DNA of 64,000 nt from Podarcis liolepis (Eukaryota), in NCBI GenBank assembly GCA_965112155.1, contig OZ218100.1; one strand, written 5' to 3'. The translations under genes were made by a program, and so were the position numbers. Positions 50,311 through 61,734 of the stretch are shown here, piece by piece; position 1 is the first letter of the stretch; each line of letters starts with the position of its first letter. Below the pieces are notes generated by a model. It was not told the origin of the DNA. It saw only the letters and a program-made list of their open reading frames with translations, and ran no database searches.

Positions 50311-50475
50311 CTCATTGACACTTTTTACATCATTGACATTTTTATCTTGCTTCTCATGTTTTTCACGGTCATAAGCCATTTTCTTCAGCAATTTTTTCAC
50401 AGCTTTGTCCTTTTTCTCCTTTTTCTGACTTTCAGTATTTTGCTTTCTTACTTGGTTCACAAGGAATGTAGGAAT
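50311..50475 (-). CDS. ARHGAP18: ARHGAP18 exon: IPTFLVNQVRKQNTESQKKEKKDKAVKKLLKKMAYDREKHEKQDKNVND[VKSVNE]; an alternative donor would end the exon at 50329
   Basis: cttag| acceptor; two in-frame donors (GAT|gtaaaa and GAG|gtaagc) 18 nt apart. Confidence 0.9.
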
Positions 50476-51554
50476 CTAAGCAGACATAAAATCTATTATT
50501 AACACCATTGATACAATTGGCTCCTATAAACAAATGTTTATATTCTTCTAATGACAAGACATATCAAATATGGAATATCAAACACCAATATTTATGTCAA
50601 GCAAGAACAGAATTATATTGTTAAAAATAAGACTCAAATGATAGATGCAAAGAAACAGTATGAAATATAATTGCACAGAACCTCTTCATAGCAAAACCAT
50701 ATAAGGTTTTCATCTCAGGTCAGTTTTTGTACAAGTAACAGGTCTATATTGGTGTCGTGAAATCAGACTGCCCCGCAAGCAGTTTCTCATGAATGGTGCT
50801 CTGCCTTCCATATTGTTGTTTGCATGTGTGAATAAGCCCACAGAAGGGCAAAACTAAGCTTTCAACACATATGGAAATAACCAAGATATAACAAAATATG
50901 GCACTAATGGTATAATTCATTCTTAGAATTTATTTTCTGTCTTTCTGTGTAATGCATACTCAAGGCAGCCTACAACCACTTAAACATGATTAATAATATA
51001 ACAATTACATTTCTAGAAGAGAAAATCTCTTTTCCTTCAGTGAAGCTTTAAAAAAAAAAATCTGTTGGGTGTTTTTATTTGGTTTATTGTATTTTTATAT
51101 TTTTAGCTTGTATATAGTTCCGAAACCAAATCTAGTCAAGGACAGCATATAAATACTTAAATATAATAAATAAGTTATTGTTTGTTCTGAAATACAAAGT
51201 AACATTTACAAAGTAGGGGATATTTACTCTCGTCATGAGTAAAATATGCAAACAATTTTCTAAAACACACGAGGATTCATTCTGTAAATATTCCTATGGG
51301 GAATTATGTACGCCATCCATATTTTGAACTACATTAAACAGGCATGTTTTATACCTTACGCTGACCTTTTTTTTTTTTACACAAAACAGCTCAATATTAT
51401 GATTATTATTATTTATTAAATTTGTATATCTATGTAGCTCTTACATCCAGCTGCTCAGAATGAATCGAGTCATCTGCATTGTGTGTGTTTTTGTGTGTAT
51501 GTTCAGTAAAATTTGTAGAATGGTGGCCCTTCTGTTTGAGACAATTCTCTAATG

Positions 51555-51756
51555 CAGAGCTTTCCAAACTGTGTGTCACGACATGTTAGTGTGTTGGCCG
51601 CAGTGTGTAGGTATGTTGCACGAACGCTCCTCCTGGGGCTGGAAAGGGGTTGCTGTAGTTTAACCTCCAGTTTGCTAGTAAAACTGAATTACTATGTTGT
51701 GAAATGATGCATGTCTAAAAATTGTGTCACCAACATGAAAAATTTGGAAAGCTCTT
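51555..51756. mobile_element. hAT MITE
   Basis: TIRs CAGAGCTTTCCAAA / TTTGGAAAGCTCTT; perfect 8-bp TSD CTCTAATG at 51547-51554 and 51757-51764. Confidence 0.9.
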
Positions 51757-51791
51757 CTCTAATGACAATAAGCACTTTTAAACAAACTTAC

Positions 51792-51998
51792 AGTCCATAA
51801 AAGGTTTTGGTTTCTAATCATAAAACGCATGACATTTGCTGTCCCAGCCGCCATAACAAACTCGCTTTGCTCTGTGTTCTTTGAGCCCAAACCATGAAAC
51901 ATGAAGATGTTTGGAGCCATAACCATGGCAACATTCTTTAGGGTCATTTTATTTTTATCTCGGTGATCAATTACCCTTTGAAGAAATTCAAGCAGTGC
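51792..51998 (-). CDS. ARHGAP18: ARHGAP18 exon: ALLEFLQRVIDHRDKNKMTLKNVAMVMAPNIFMFHGLGSKNTEQSEFVMAAGTANVMRFMIRNQNLLWT
   Basis: tttcag| acceptor, |gtaagt donor; 207 nt; ORF 51759..52046. Confidence 0.96.
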
Positions 51999-52584
51999 CT
52001 GAAAATGAGAACAGCATTGGCAAAGTAGGCATGTGCAAACAAACAAGAAACATGCTCAAATAGTGCGCTTTTTAAAAAGTTTATTCTAGTATGTACACAG
52101 CCTTAAATCAACTAGTAACTTCAGTGGTTAAACTAAACAAGTGATTTCTCCAAAAATCAAAGTCAACTTCCTTTTACCTTCAGTAAAAAGAAAGGTAGGC
52201 ATCTGAAATCTTTATTCTGGATCAGAGATAGCCAACATGGTGTCCTCTAATAATAATAATAATACCTTTATTGTCATTGTACAACCTGTGTACAATGAAA
52301 TTAAACGAGCCTTGTTTAACTACAACTTCCATGAGCCCAAGGCAGCATGGCCAATGGTCAGGGTGATAGGAGTTGGATTCCACCAACATCTGTAGGAAAC
52401 CACACTGGCTATCCTTCTTCTAATGAATATATATTTGACTAGGTCAAGCATATATCACATATTCAAGGTTGCCCTAGATTTTGTTTAGCTGTACTCTGGT
52501 TCTTTGCAAGACCAGCAGTGACCCTATCTCTGGGCTGCCTCACTCCTTAAAGGTAAATTTGTGTTAGTGGTTGTGAGATTTATT

Positions 52585-52985
52585 ATGGGCCTGGGAAGGG
52601 ACCTTGTAGGCCATCTAGTCTAGCAGCAAATCCAGAGGTAGAGTATCCATCAGTGGCTGTCCAGACCCTAGCCGAAAACCTCCAGTCTGGAACAGTCCAT
52701 CATCCCTCTAGTTAATTAGTTTTATTGCTAAATTGCTCTTATGGTCAAGTGATTTCTCCTAATATTGAACTGATAGCTATCTTCTAAGCCCATTAGATCT
52801 GAGGCAGCAGAGAACAAGTGAGAGCTTTTCTGATATTTGAGGAGTGCTACCATATCAGTCCACTTATTCAGGGTAAACATACCCCATTCCCTTAACCTCT
52901 CCTCAAATGAAAGGTTTCCATACTCCCAACCATCCTTTCTGAAACCATTCTAATTTGTCCACATTCTCCTTTGAAGTGTTGTGCC
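52585..52985 (-). mobile_element. CR1 LINE 3' fragment
   Basis: ggaagggaccttgtaggccatctagtc...gagaacaagt...cccttaacctctcctc matches the antisense CR1 ORF2 end and 3' UTR pattern. Confidence 0.7.
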
Positions 52986-53166
52986 AAGAATTAGGCCCCA
53001 CACTTACAACTTTCCCGCAATCAAGATTCCAGGCCTATCCTTGTGGTAGAAGCATGGCTCTGGAACCCCAACTGGGGAGGAAGAGAAGTGGGGAGTAGCC
53101 CTAGTTGCTGTGGGTAGAAGAGTAATTGCAGAACTGTTTTTTTAATGGTGGAGTCTCAAGTCTAAC

Positions 53167-53249
53167 CTTAAGAGTATCTCTATTTCCATCTGGGAGAAGG
53201 AGGACCAAAAGATTCAGTGCTTGCAGCTGATGCTTCTTCGTTGGAAGTT
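53167..53249 (-). CDS. ARHGAP18: ARHGAP18 exon: (K)LPTKKHQLQALNLLVLLLPDGNRDTLK
   Basis: gacag| acceptor, |gttaga donor; 83 nt; absent from the ORF track, found by manual translation. Confidence 0.93.
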
Positions 53250-54613
53250 CTGTCAGTGAAACATGCAAATCTCAGTTTGTGAATATGTTTTTGAATCATT
53301 TTGCATTTTCCTCAAAAATATTAATGTTTATGGATTTCTCTTGGTTATCTTCACAGGTAAAAAGCAACCAAGACATTTTGGCACCTCAGGCAAACCACAA
53401 AATGGCACCCCACTCCCCGTCAGGTAAGAAGGGGAGGTGAACATCAACATCAGGAACAAAGGAAGTATAAACATCTACATTGGGATTGATAGCCCTGTGG
53501 ATCCTGCCGCATGAGGCAGTTGCCTCACCTAGCATCTTGTTTTCTGATTCTGCTTCACGACTCAACTGCCACAAGATCCATTATTACCAATTTTGGGATT
53601 CATGATTTCCCTGGTAATGCCTTACTTTTGCTACTTTGTTTCATAATGTAATGCTTATTAATACAATATTTAGTAGACCAAGAAAAATCCTTCACAGATG
53701 AAACATCCATTTATGCCCACGACTATGAAAGGAATTTATGACAGTCAGTAAAAAGAATGGCTTAGTGTCACATGCTAAAAAGCTCACTGAAGCACAATGC
53801 TCTTTGTTGACCATGCTTCTGGTATTGCTGCATTGCAAGTCATTTGTGGTGCTAAATGTAGTATGGGAGTCCCACATCTCTGGAGGATTTCTAAGGCAGC
53901 AATTACAACCAATAACAACATCATTAGGTGTGTTCAGCAAGCTTGAAAATCTCTATGTAGACATTTTCTTTAAAATGTTTACTGATAACCCAGCCACCAT
54001 GGCAGACAGGGTTGCCAACTGGAATAAAATATTGGAGGAAGGTAAGCCCCGCCCTACATAATTATGATTTTTTTCCACTATGAAAGACCATTTTATGAAT
54101 TCATCTACTGTTTGCTGAATTGTTTGCTGAACAGTATGAGGCACTTGTGTATAGAAAACCATTCTGTGTATTTGTTTTCAGATGCAAGCAAGCTAATGGA
54201 CTATTTGCAGACTATTTCATGGACTATTTCATGGACTCGCTTGCCAATGAAGAATAGCCATGCCCAGAAAAGATTAATGATGCAAGTGGTTGTTTGACTG
54301 TTCCACATCAAAGACTATGAGGGAGAACATTTTCCAGAACTGTAGGAACACAATTCTTGTATGTGCAACATGCGATTCCACAACATGGGTTATTAACCTG
54401 TAGCCTGCAAGGCCATACAGGTTTTTTCTCCCTGTGGCTCTCCAGAACTCCACAAAGTTTGTTATTTCTAGAAATGTTTTTTTTTTGGGGGGGGGTTAAT
54501 TACTGAGTCCTCTCATAGGTTCCCTATAGGGATGTAAGAAGGCTGACCTGGAAAAAAAGGCCTACTCTGCATAATGACTCCCCTAATTCTGAACCAGAAG
54601 GAGTTATGCTTAC

Positions 54614-54773
54614 TTTGCACATCCTGGAAGGCCTTGAGATACTCCACAGTGAGCAGCGGTTGAGGCAGTTCTCGAATAAAGAGTTTTAGAAGACTTGCTG
54701 CATCGTGCTGTTTTACACTTTCCCAGTGGAAAGTCCCTTCATAAAACTTTGCTTCAAGCTCCTGGCAAAGATT
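54614..54773 (-). CDS. ARHGAP18: ARHGAP18 exon: NLCQELEAKFYEGTFHWESVKQHDAASLLKLFIRELPQPLLTVEYLKAFQDVQ
   Basis: ttctag| acceptor, |gtaagc donor; 160 nt. Confidence 0.95.
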
Positions 54774-55234
54774 CTAGAAGACAAGAGGCCGAAAAGTCTT
54801 TATGCACTTCACACACACTTTTAAAAAAGGGGGATATGAAATCATCTTATTTATCCAAAACATCAACGGTAAAACTAGGCACACATTTTAATATAAAAAA
54901 CTGAGCTAGGTTTTTGGGTGTATGTCAATTATATGTCAGGGCGTAGTGCTAAAAATGACGTTTTGTATTTCCTGTGTTTATATAATGCTACGTATGCAGT
55001 CAAAACAGATACTCCATTTGACAATGGATCTCCTTTGTGCTCCCTGGCCCATTAACAGCATTCAATAGAAAAGAGGATGTGCAAAGGCGCATTCAGTGTC
55101 ATGTATCAAAATGCTCTCTATTTATACAACATCTATGGAAATATGATCAAGTGTTGCAGATGCTTGAATTCAAGTGTTTTGAATTCATTTTTGGCTCTTC
55201 AGATTATTAACACATGATGCCAATCTTCCTAAGC

Positions 55235-55454
55235 CAGGCATGTCCAAAGTCCATTTTGGGGGCCTAATCCGGCCCGCCGTTCAATTCAATCCAGCCCCTG
55301 TGGTAGTTTATTTCCCAGGGTAAAATCCAAAAAAAATCTCAACAACTTCAACCCCCCAAAAAGGCTAACAACATTGGTTGACCCTATAGTCGGCCCTTAC
55401 GGCCCATCACTTCATCAAATCTGGCCCTCTTTTTAAAAAGTTTGGACACCACTG
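55235..55454. mobile_element. hAT (Charlie-like) MITE
   Basis: TIRs CAGGCATGTCCAAA / TTTGGACACCACTG; 8-bp TSD TCCTAAGC/TCCTAAGT; cggccc subterminal motifs. Confidence 0.82.
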
Positions 55455-56339
55455 TCCTAAGTTAACAAGACACCTATCTGCAATTCAACATTCAGAGCAG
55501 GTTAAATGAATAGCTCCTGTGGTCTCCACACATTTCTCTCCAAGAAGAGCTTGCATGCATGCTTATCTGGCCATCTAAACAGATGCTTGCAATCACTCTG
55601 CATGTTTGGACAACAGGGATTTGTATTGTATTTACCCTCCCCACTCCATTATTGCCTATTTCATCTCAATGGAGTTATGCTTCAATTCAGCCACTTTGCC
55701 AGGTCAAGAAGATTTCTACGCAAGCGTAATCCACAATTAGCAGGCGCAGGCCCAGAGTATGCACATGGTGCTAAATATGAAAACCATCTGCTCTACATTT
55801 AAAATTTGACATGCACAGTGGTAAAAATCAGGTATGAAGTAGAAGGAAAAAAGAGGATAAGTTTTTCTCCAAAAAAAAAAAAAAATACCAGTCCATACAC
55901 AAATGCTCTCAGAGGGACTAAGAACAAAGGCTTGTTTACCCAGGTGGCTAACCACAATCCAGGATAACATCAGAGTAATGAAGGGTCAATCTGTAGGAAG
56001 AATAGAGTTAATTGTCCTTCACCCTGTCCTTAATTCAATATAAGAATACCTACAAAAAGCCTTCAAACCAGAACTCACAATGTAATAAGATAAGTTTTGG
56101 AAAGGAGGTTTCTATCACACACATTCCTGTTCAGTCACTCAGCTTTGGCAAAACCACAGTCAGTTGTCCAAGGATTAATATAAAATTGTTTTTAAGATAC
56201 GATTCTTATAATTATAAAATGTCATAAGGATCTCATGATCTTGCCACTGAACACAAGTTACCAAATTATTATTAATAATAAAATACTGTATATGTAATTA
56301 ATCTAACACTCTCTTTCCAAAATTGAAAGATTAGTTTAC

Positions 56340-56417
56340 CTTTACCCTTGCTGCCACACCCGGTATTCGAAGAAGCCCTTCTGTATCCAGCTTTCCTTCT
56401 TCTATATGGGAAATGAG
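56340..56417 (-). CDS. ARHGAP18: ARHGAP18 exon with the arginine finger: LISHIEEGKLDTEGLLRIPGVAARVK
   Basis: ttgcag| acceptor, |gtaaac donor; 78 nt; catalytic Arg codon at 56367-56369. Confidence 0.94.
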
Positions 56418-56638
56418 CTGCAAATTAAAATAGAAAGTATCTCAACTCAAGTTGCTGGCAACTAAAATGCTAGTTGAAAAATAGAAAAATTGTTCTACTG
56501 AAAACCAGAATGCAGCTGTGGCTAAACAGTTACAAGCTTTTCTGTGCACTGGTGTAACTATAGGTGCCATATATGTTTGCATTCTGCTGAAATCTAACTG
56601 GTATAGAAGAAACTGACTGGTCAGCCTACAGTACTCAC

Positions 56639-56730
56639 TTTTTGAAAAATTAGTGGTATCCGGATGCCTGGCACCCTCTTCTGATCTTGTTCTAGCAAAA
56701 CTGACAGTGGAACACCAAAAAGACCAGATT
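56639..56730 (-). CDS. ARHGAP18: ARHGAP18 exon: (E)SGLFGVPLSVLLEQDQKRVPGIRIPLIFQK
   Basis: tacag| acceptor, |gtgagt donor; 92 nt; FGVPL RhoGAP N-terminal motif. Confidence 0.94.
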
Positions 56731-59700
56731 CTGTATGAAACAACAAAAGACAAACAATTGGCTTATGACGACATGAAAAATGGTTTCATAGACTCTTCTC
56801 CACTATGTTCACATCAACACAGTTTATAATTAATAAATCCAGACAAACAATTTACAGTCCAATCCTATGTACACTTAGGAAGGAGTAAATCCCACCGAAC
56901 AGAGTGGGATTGAATCATATGCATATTCACCCAGAATTAAGTCCCACTGCATTCAATGGGAATTTACTGCCTGTAAACATGCACAGAGTTGAAGCATCAG
57001 CCAGCTCTGCATATTTGAATAATGCATGCTAGTTAAAAGCAAAAAGTTGCAGACGAACCCTACAAAGCTGACCCACTTCAGAATTCATTGCGAATTGAAG
57101 TGTCAATAGTATTTTCAAACAGACATTATTTCTTGCTGCATACATCTCTCTACTATGAATTAGGTACACTTCATCTTCTCAAATAGCAGGATTGAAATAT
57201 TCTTCTGTTTTTACATTTCTGCAATCTGTCTTGGCATTAATTGGCTATTATTGTACTTATTTTTAAAGATTTTTCAAACATTTAAAGCAAGAAAGGGGCT
57301 CCAGCAAAAATAAATATACCACAAGTAAAGAAAAGGAGACATACTTCCAAACATTTAACCTTTGGAATTGCTCACTGACACGTACAATATTGTAACCCCA
57401 GTCATTTCTGTTTCCTGCTGTATGAGTGGCCTGTGAACAGGGCCCATTCTCACTAGAGGGCATTAGGCAAACTATTATTGCCTTTGCCTTAGCTGCTCAT
57501 CTGCAATACAGGAAGAAAAATGCTGGCCTTTCTTTAATAGGGCTGTTGTGAAGGTTGTCGAGATAAAAGATATGCAAGCCTTTGAGCATGTGAAGTACCC
57601 TCCGTCAAGTCTAAGGATTGGGTTGTATCCAATGGTTGTGCAAGCGGAAGGCAGCTTGCACAACTGATGTTTCTCTTCCCTCCTCCTAATCTCCACAGCC
57701 CTGGTAGCACCACACCTCCCCACCGAAAAACCTCTCTAGAAGTGAACAGTGTGGACTGTGTTCTATGGGGAGAAATGGATTTGCTGAAAACCAAGCAAAG
57801 GGGACTTCATACATGTGGAGCTCCCTTCGAGTCATGAAGCAAGTGGATACAGCCCTTATTATTCACAGTGCTGCAGTCACCAACCATAGCTGGTGCTGAG
57901 GTAGGGATGGTAGAATAAACCATTTGATGGAACATCTATAGGAGGCTGCTGAGTCAGACCATTGGTCCATTTAGCTCAGTACTGTCCACACAGACCACCA
58001 GCAGAATTCTCCAGAATTTCAGACAGCCATCTCTATCAGATCTAACACAAGAAGCTGAGGATTGAACCTGGGAGCTTCTGCATGCAAGGAAAATACTCTA
58101 CCCTGAGCAATAGCCCCTTTTCCTATGGAAAGACAATGGGGTTTTCCCAAATCAGAATACCCTCAGGAAAAATCACATGGAAAAAAAAGTTGGACTGAAT
58201 CAAGAGGGTCCCTCTGTAGCCCCTAAAAATGCAGAAGACCCTCTATTTCCCAGGGATGAAAGGAAAAAATGGCTATCCTAAAGCAATATTCCATATTCAA
58301 GAAGTATTTGGCATAGCTTTAGTATGTTTAACTGGACACAGCTTTCTTAAGAATATAAAAATGGAAGGTTGTGGAGGAGGGAAGGTTCCTTTACCCTGAT
58401 GTGGCTGGAAGAAGTTATTTTCTGAGCTGTGAAATGAAGATTGTATTCAGAGAACTCAACTGTACCCAGCTGTATCTCCCTCATCACTCACAGTTGCTTT
58501 CAATTATTTAGCTACTGCACTGTCGTCTCTGCTGAACCCTGACTGCAAGTTTTTGCCCAAGAAGATATTTGATTAACTGGTAACATGTTTCAGGTCCTTG
58601 TAAAACATTAAAGAGAAGGTCAGAAATACAGGCAGTTAACAAAATGGAAACGTTTCCTGTATTTCATAGGTTACTTTTAAATCTGTGCAATGCTGCTGTT
58701 TCAAATTTAGCTCTGCATTATATTTTATTATTTCTACACATTTTTAATTCATATAAGCTGCACTGAACTTCAGACTGAAGGGAAAGCAAAGGGGGAATCC
58801 TCTTAATCAACCAATAAATAAATAAAATATTCCCAGTCCAGTGTGTTTAACCAAGGCTGTACTCACTAGAAGCTAATCTAGAAATATACAAAACTTCAGT
58901 TTAAAAATAAAACTTTTAAACTGTAAAAGGCGCATCTAAAACATACAACTGAAACTAAATAAAAACAATGAAAATGTTAATGGAGAATTTTCAAATATAT
59001 ACAGTCAAATACACATAAATTTGCAAGTCAACAATCTCAAAATCAGTCTTAGTGGTCAACTTGCCCCAATAAAAATTCTGTTCTTTTGTGAGTTTCCCCA
59101 CACTAAACCAAGCCTATTTTACAAGATGTTAACTTTACAGATATATGCATGCATTACCTATATACACTTTTGTATTTTCAATCAGAGGAGCAACGTTGCT
59201 TTTCCTCTTTTTTAATAGGAAAAGGACTTGATATTATGCCATATAACTTGGTGACCTCAAAATGTTCCCATTTGCCCATATCTATATTAAAGGTAAAAAT
59301 ATATATAAAAAACCAATATGGACTGTTGGTTAGGAAGTCCAAAAAGAATCCCTGTATAAGGAGTGGAGAATGATATGAGTGTATAACTGAAGACTTATAA
59401 ACAAATAAAGAAAAAGAAGTTACTCATTTGGATTAAATTACATGCTTTGAAAATCTGACAGGCCGCCTTTGCTCTGATGAAGGATGCCATCACTCACTCA
59501 CACACACACCCCAGAACTGGAACGAAATCTCATGCCAAAGTAGAAACCACAGGAAAAGGTCATAAAGCTGTAATTTTCATAAAGCGTTTGCCTAGAATAG
59601 GAACACTGCAATTATATTGTTATGTAACATAAATTACAATTTTGTTGAGAGCCTCCAAGTGCAGTCATGTTAAGTTATTTCATGCCGCCCTATAGATCAT

Positions 59701-59979
59701 AATCAATATGGATGGTTCTCCACAAACAAAAATAAATCATGGTTGAGAGAACTTTTAGAGTTAAGCTTCTAAAGATAGGCAAAGGAAAGAAATGAAACGT
59801 TCAAGCAGTGAAACAAGCATGACAGCATTAAGGACTAGCTTAGTGAAACACTCCATCAGGTTTAAAGTAGGAAGAAGTGATATATTCCTAGAAGTAAGGG
59901 TGGTTGGAACTACTACCTTTCTTTTCATGCTGCAGCCTCGTCAACCGTTTGGCATGATTCATCCAGAGTTTGAATCTCT

Positions 59980-60041
59980 CTCTCTCATTACAGTCAATGC
60001 AACTTGAATGTAATTATGTTGCATTGACAGTAATGAGAGAG
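59980..60041. repeat. Inverted repeat: 24-bp stem (1 mismatch), 14-nt loop
   Basis: ctctctcattacagtcaatgcaac / gttgcattgacagtaatgagagag. Confidence 0.93.
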
Positions 60042-60377
60042 CTAAGATCATGCTTAACAGGTCGCCACTAACCCTGATGGAATGCAAAACTGCTTCATAT
60101 GGCATGGATTGTACCCATCCTTCTCACAAATGCATTTGGTTTGCAGGTTCTGTTGACCCCCAGTGGATACCCGAGGCCCACTGCTTCATTTAGAATACAA
60201 GAATACACAATGCGATGGGCGTATAGCGCACGCCACCAAAGCAAATGGGAAGTCACAACAACCTTACTTCATTTTTGCCCCTACAGTTTTCATGGGGAAA
60301 CCAAAAAAGTGACCTCAAAGATTACACATATAGAAATGCACATCAACATAGTAGCACTGCAAATGGAAGAAACCGAC

Positions 60378-60543
60378 CTTTGGTTTTGATTTTTATTGCT
60401 TTTTGTGGCTTCAGTTCTGTTCCAAGTATATCAAAGAGAGCCGTCAGCTCAATTAGTGCCAGAGCATGGACCTTCTTCATATCCTGAGGGGCAAGGTCTC
60501 CAATCTTTGTTGTACCCGTTTTGTCTTTTGGCAGTCTGAAATT
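60378..60543 (-). CDS. ARHGAP18: ARHGAP18 exon: NFRLPKDKTGTTKIGDLAPQDMKKVHALALIELTALFDILGTELKPQKAIKIKTK
   Basis: cttag| acceptor, |gtcggt donor; 166 nt. Confidence 0.94.
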
Positions 60544-61573
60544 CTAAGAGTTTAAAATAATAGCATTAAAGTCTACAAGCAACAAAAGGAAGCGGGAGCT
60601 CGTGCTGCATTTCAGCGGTGCATATTATTGGGGAAGGTATTTTTTGCTATAATAAATTCACTTTTGCACTCCTAGATTAAAAATTTCCTCCCCTCCCAGG
60701 CATATTATTAAAATTACAGCTTCATTGGGGACTTGTACACAGGTACATGAGGTATATGTGGGGCTGCGGTCTCTGTGGGTAACAAAATAAGGGGTGGAGG
60801 AGTTACCGATGCCTTAGAAGTGTTTGAAAGTGGGTTACCCATACCTTGAAAGTGGATTTGGCTTTCGCCTGTTTGAAAACTGAATGCATGCCAAGAGCAC
60901 TGTGTATCTTTCTTTAAGCAATCAACGATGGACAAATAAATTCAGACTAAAGCAATGAGCACCTGATCATCAAGTGAAAGTGTTTTCTTCCCTAGAAAAG
61001 GACCTAAAGCCTGGTCTAAACAGCTGAAGTAGTAAAATAGTTCCTAGAACTATAAATCTTCAAACTGCAGGTGATAATGGTGAAGGTTGCATATGTGAAC
61101 ACTTCCCAGCCCATTACTGAACACAGAAAACTAGATTAAGACTCTGCAGTTTCACACTTCCGTTTTCCATGAATGCCCCATTACCAACAATGCAATCAAG
61201 CATACTGTTCCTGGGCTGTACCATTTAGCCACCTCTTCTACTATTTTTGCATGCACAAATAACAACATGTATTTATTTATTTCACAATATATATACACCA
61301 CTTGTAATAAAACCTTAAAGCAGTTTACAAAAATATTATCAGTTAAAATTAGTGAAAAACAACTATCTAAAAACAGTCAAAAGTTAAAATCAACAATAAG
61401 CTTAAAAACCAGATTAAAACACGTCAACATTCTACATGTCTGAATATGTAGTACTCTCTATTTCTTTGAACTTGAAGTTCTCAAGTGTAATTTTGGAGGT
61501 GCTGCAGAAGATAAATAAATAAGAAACCCCCACAGAATGAAAGATATTAAAGCAAGACCACAAAAGCACCTAC

Positions 61574-61734
61574 AGGAAGGAGTGTGTCATCCTCTTTGCC
61601 CTTCAAGACTTTGCCTAATGGGTCATCTTTGAGCGTAGCTGCCTGCTCCGAAAATGATATTTCCAAGTTAATGTCCGTTTCAATCACTGGAACATCTTCT
61701 CTTTGATGATCATAATCAATATGTTGACAAGATG
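61574..61734 (-). CDS. ARHGAP18: ARHGAP18 exon: (A)SCQHIDYDHQREDVPVIETDINLEISFSEQAATLKDDPLGKVLKGKEDDTLLP
   Basis: ctag| acceptor, |gtaggt donor on - strand; ETDINLExSFxEQA motif; ORF 61547..61771. Confidence 0.88.

Larger units (their letters stand above)
44996..61734 (-). other. ARHGAP18: ARHGAP18 gene, 3' part (11 coding exons); gene begins beyond the right edge of the window
   Basis: Eleven GT-AG exons splice in frame into a RhoGAP domain (EGLLRIPG arginine finger, LLKLFIRELP, NKMTLKNVAMVMAPN) and the C-terminus ...LNPNAEWVIKSKNC*. Matches recalled ARHGAP18 and its position next to LAMA2. Confidence 0.95.

Noticed and set aside
54108-54240. Short tandem duplications (tgtttgctgaa x2, gactatttcatg x2; similar at ~8178 and ~47990)
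   Set aside because: Ordinary slippage duplications in introns with no evident consequence.
57940-58117. tRNA gene (GGTTCAATCC B-box on the minus strand; similar heads at ~13290, ~26900 and ~35515)
   Set aside because: No complete cloverleaf; each continues into SINE body and tail sequence, so these are tRNA-derived SINE heads.
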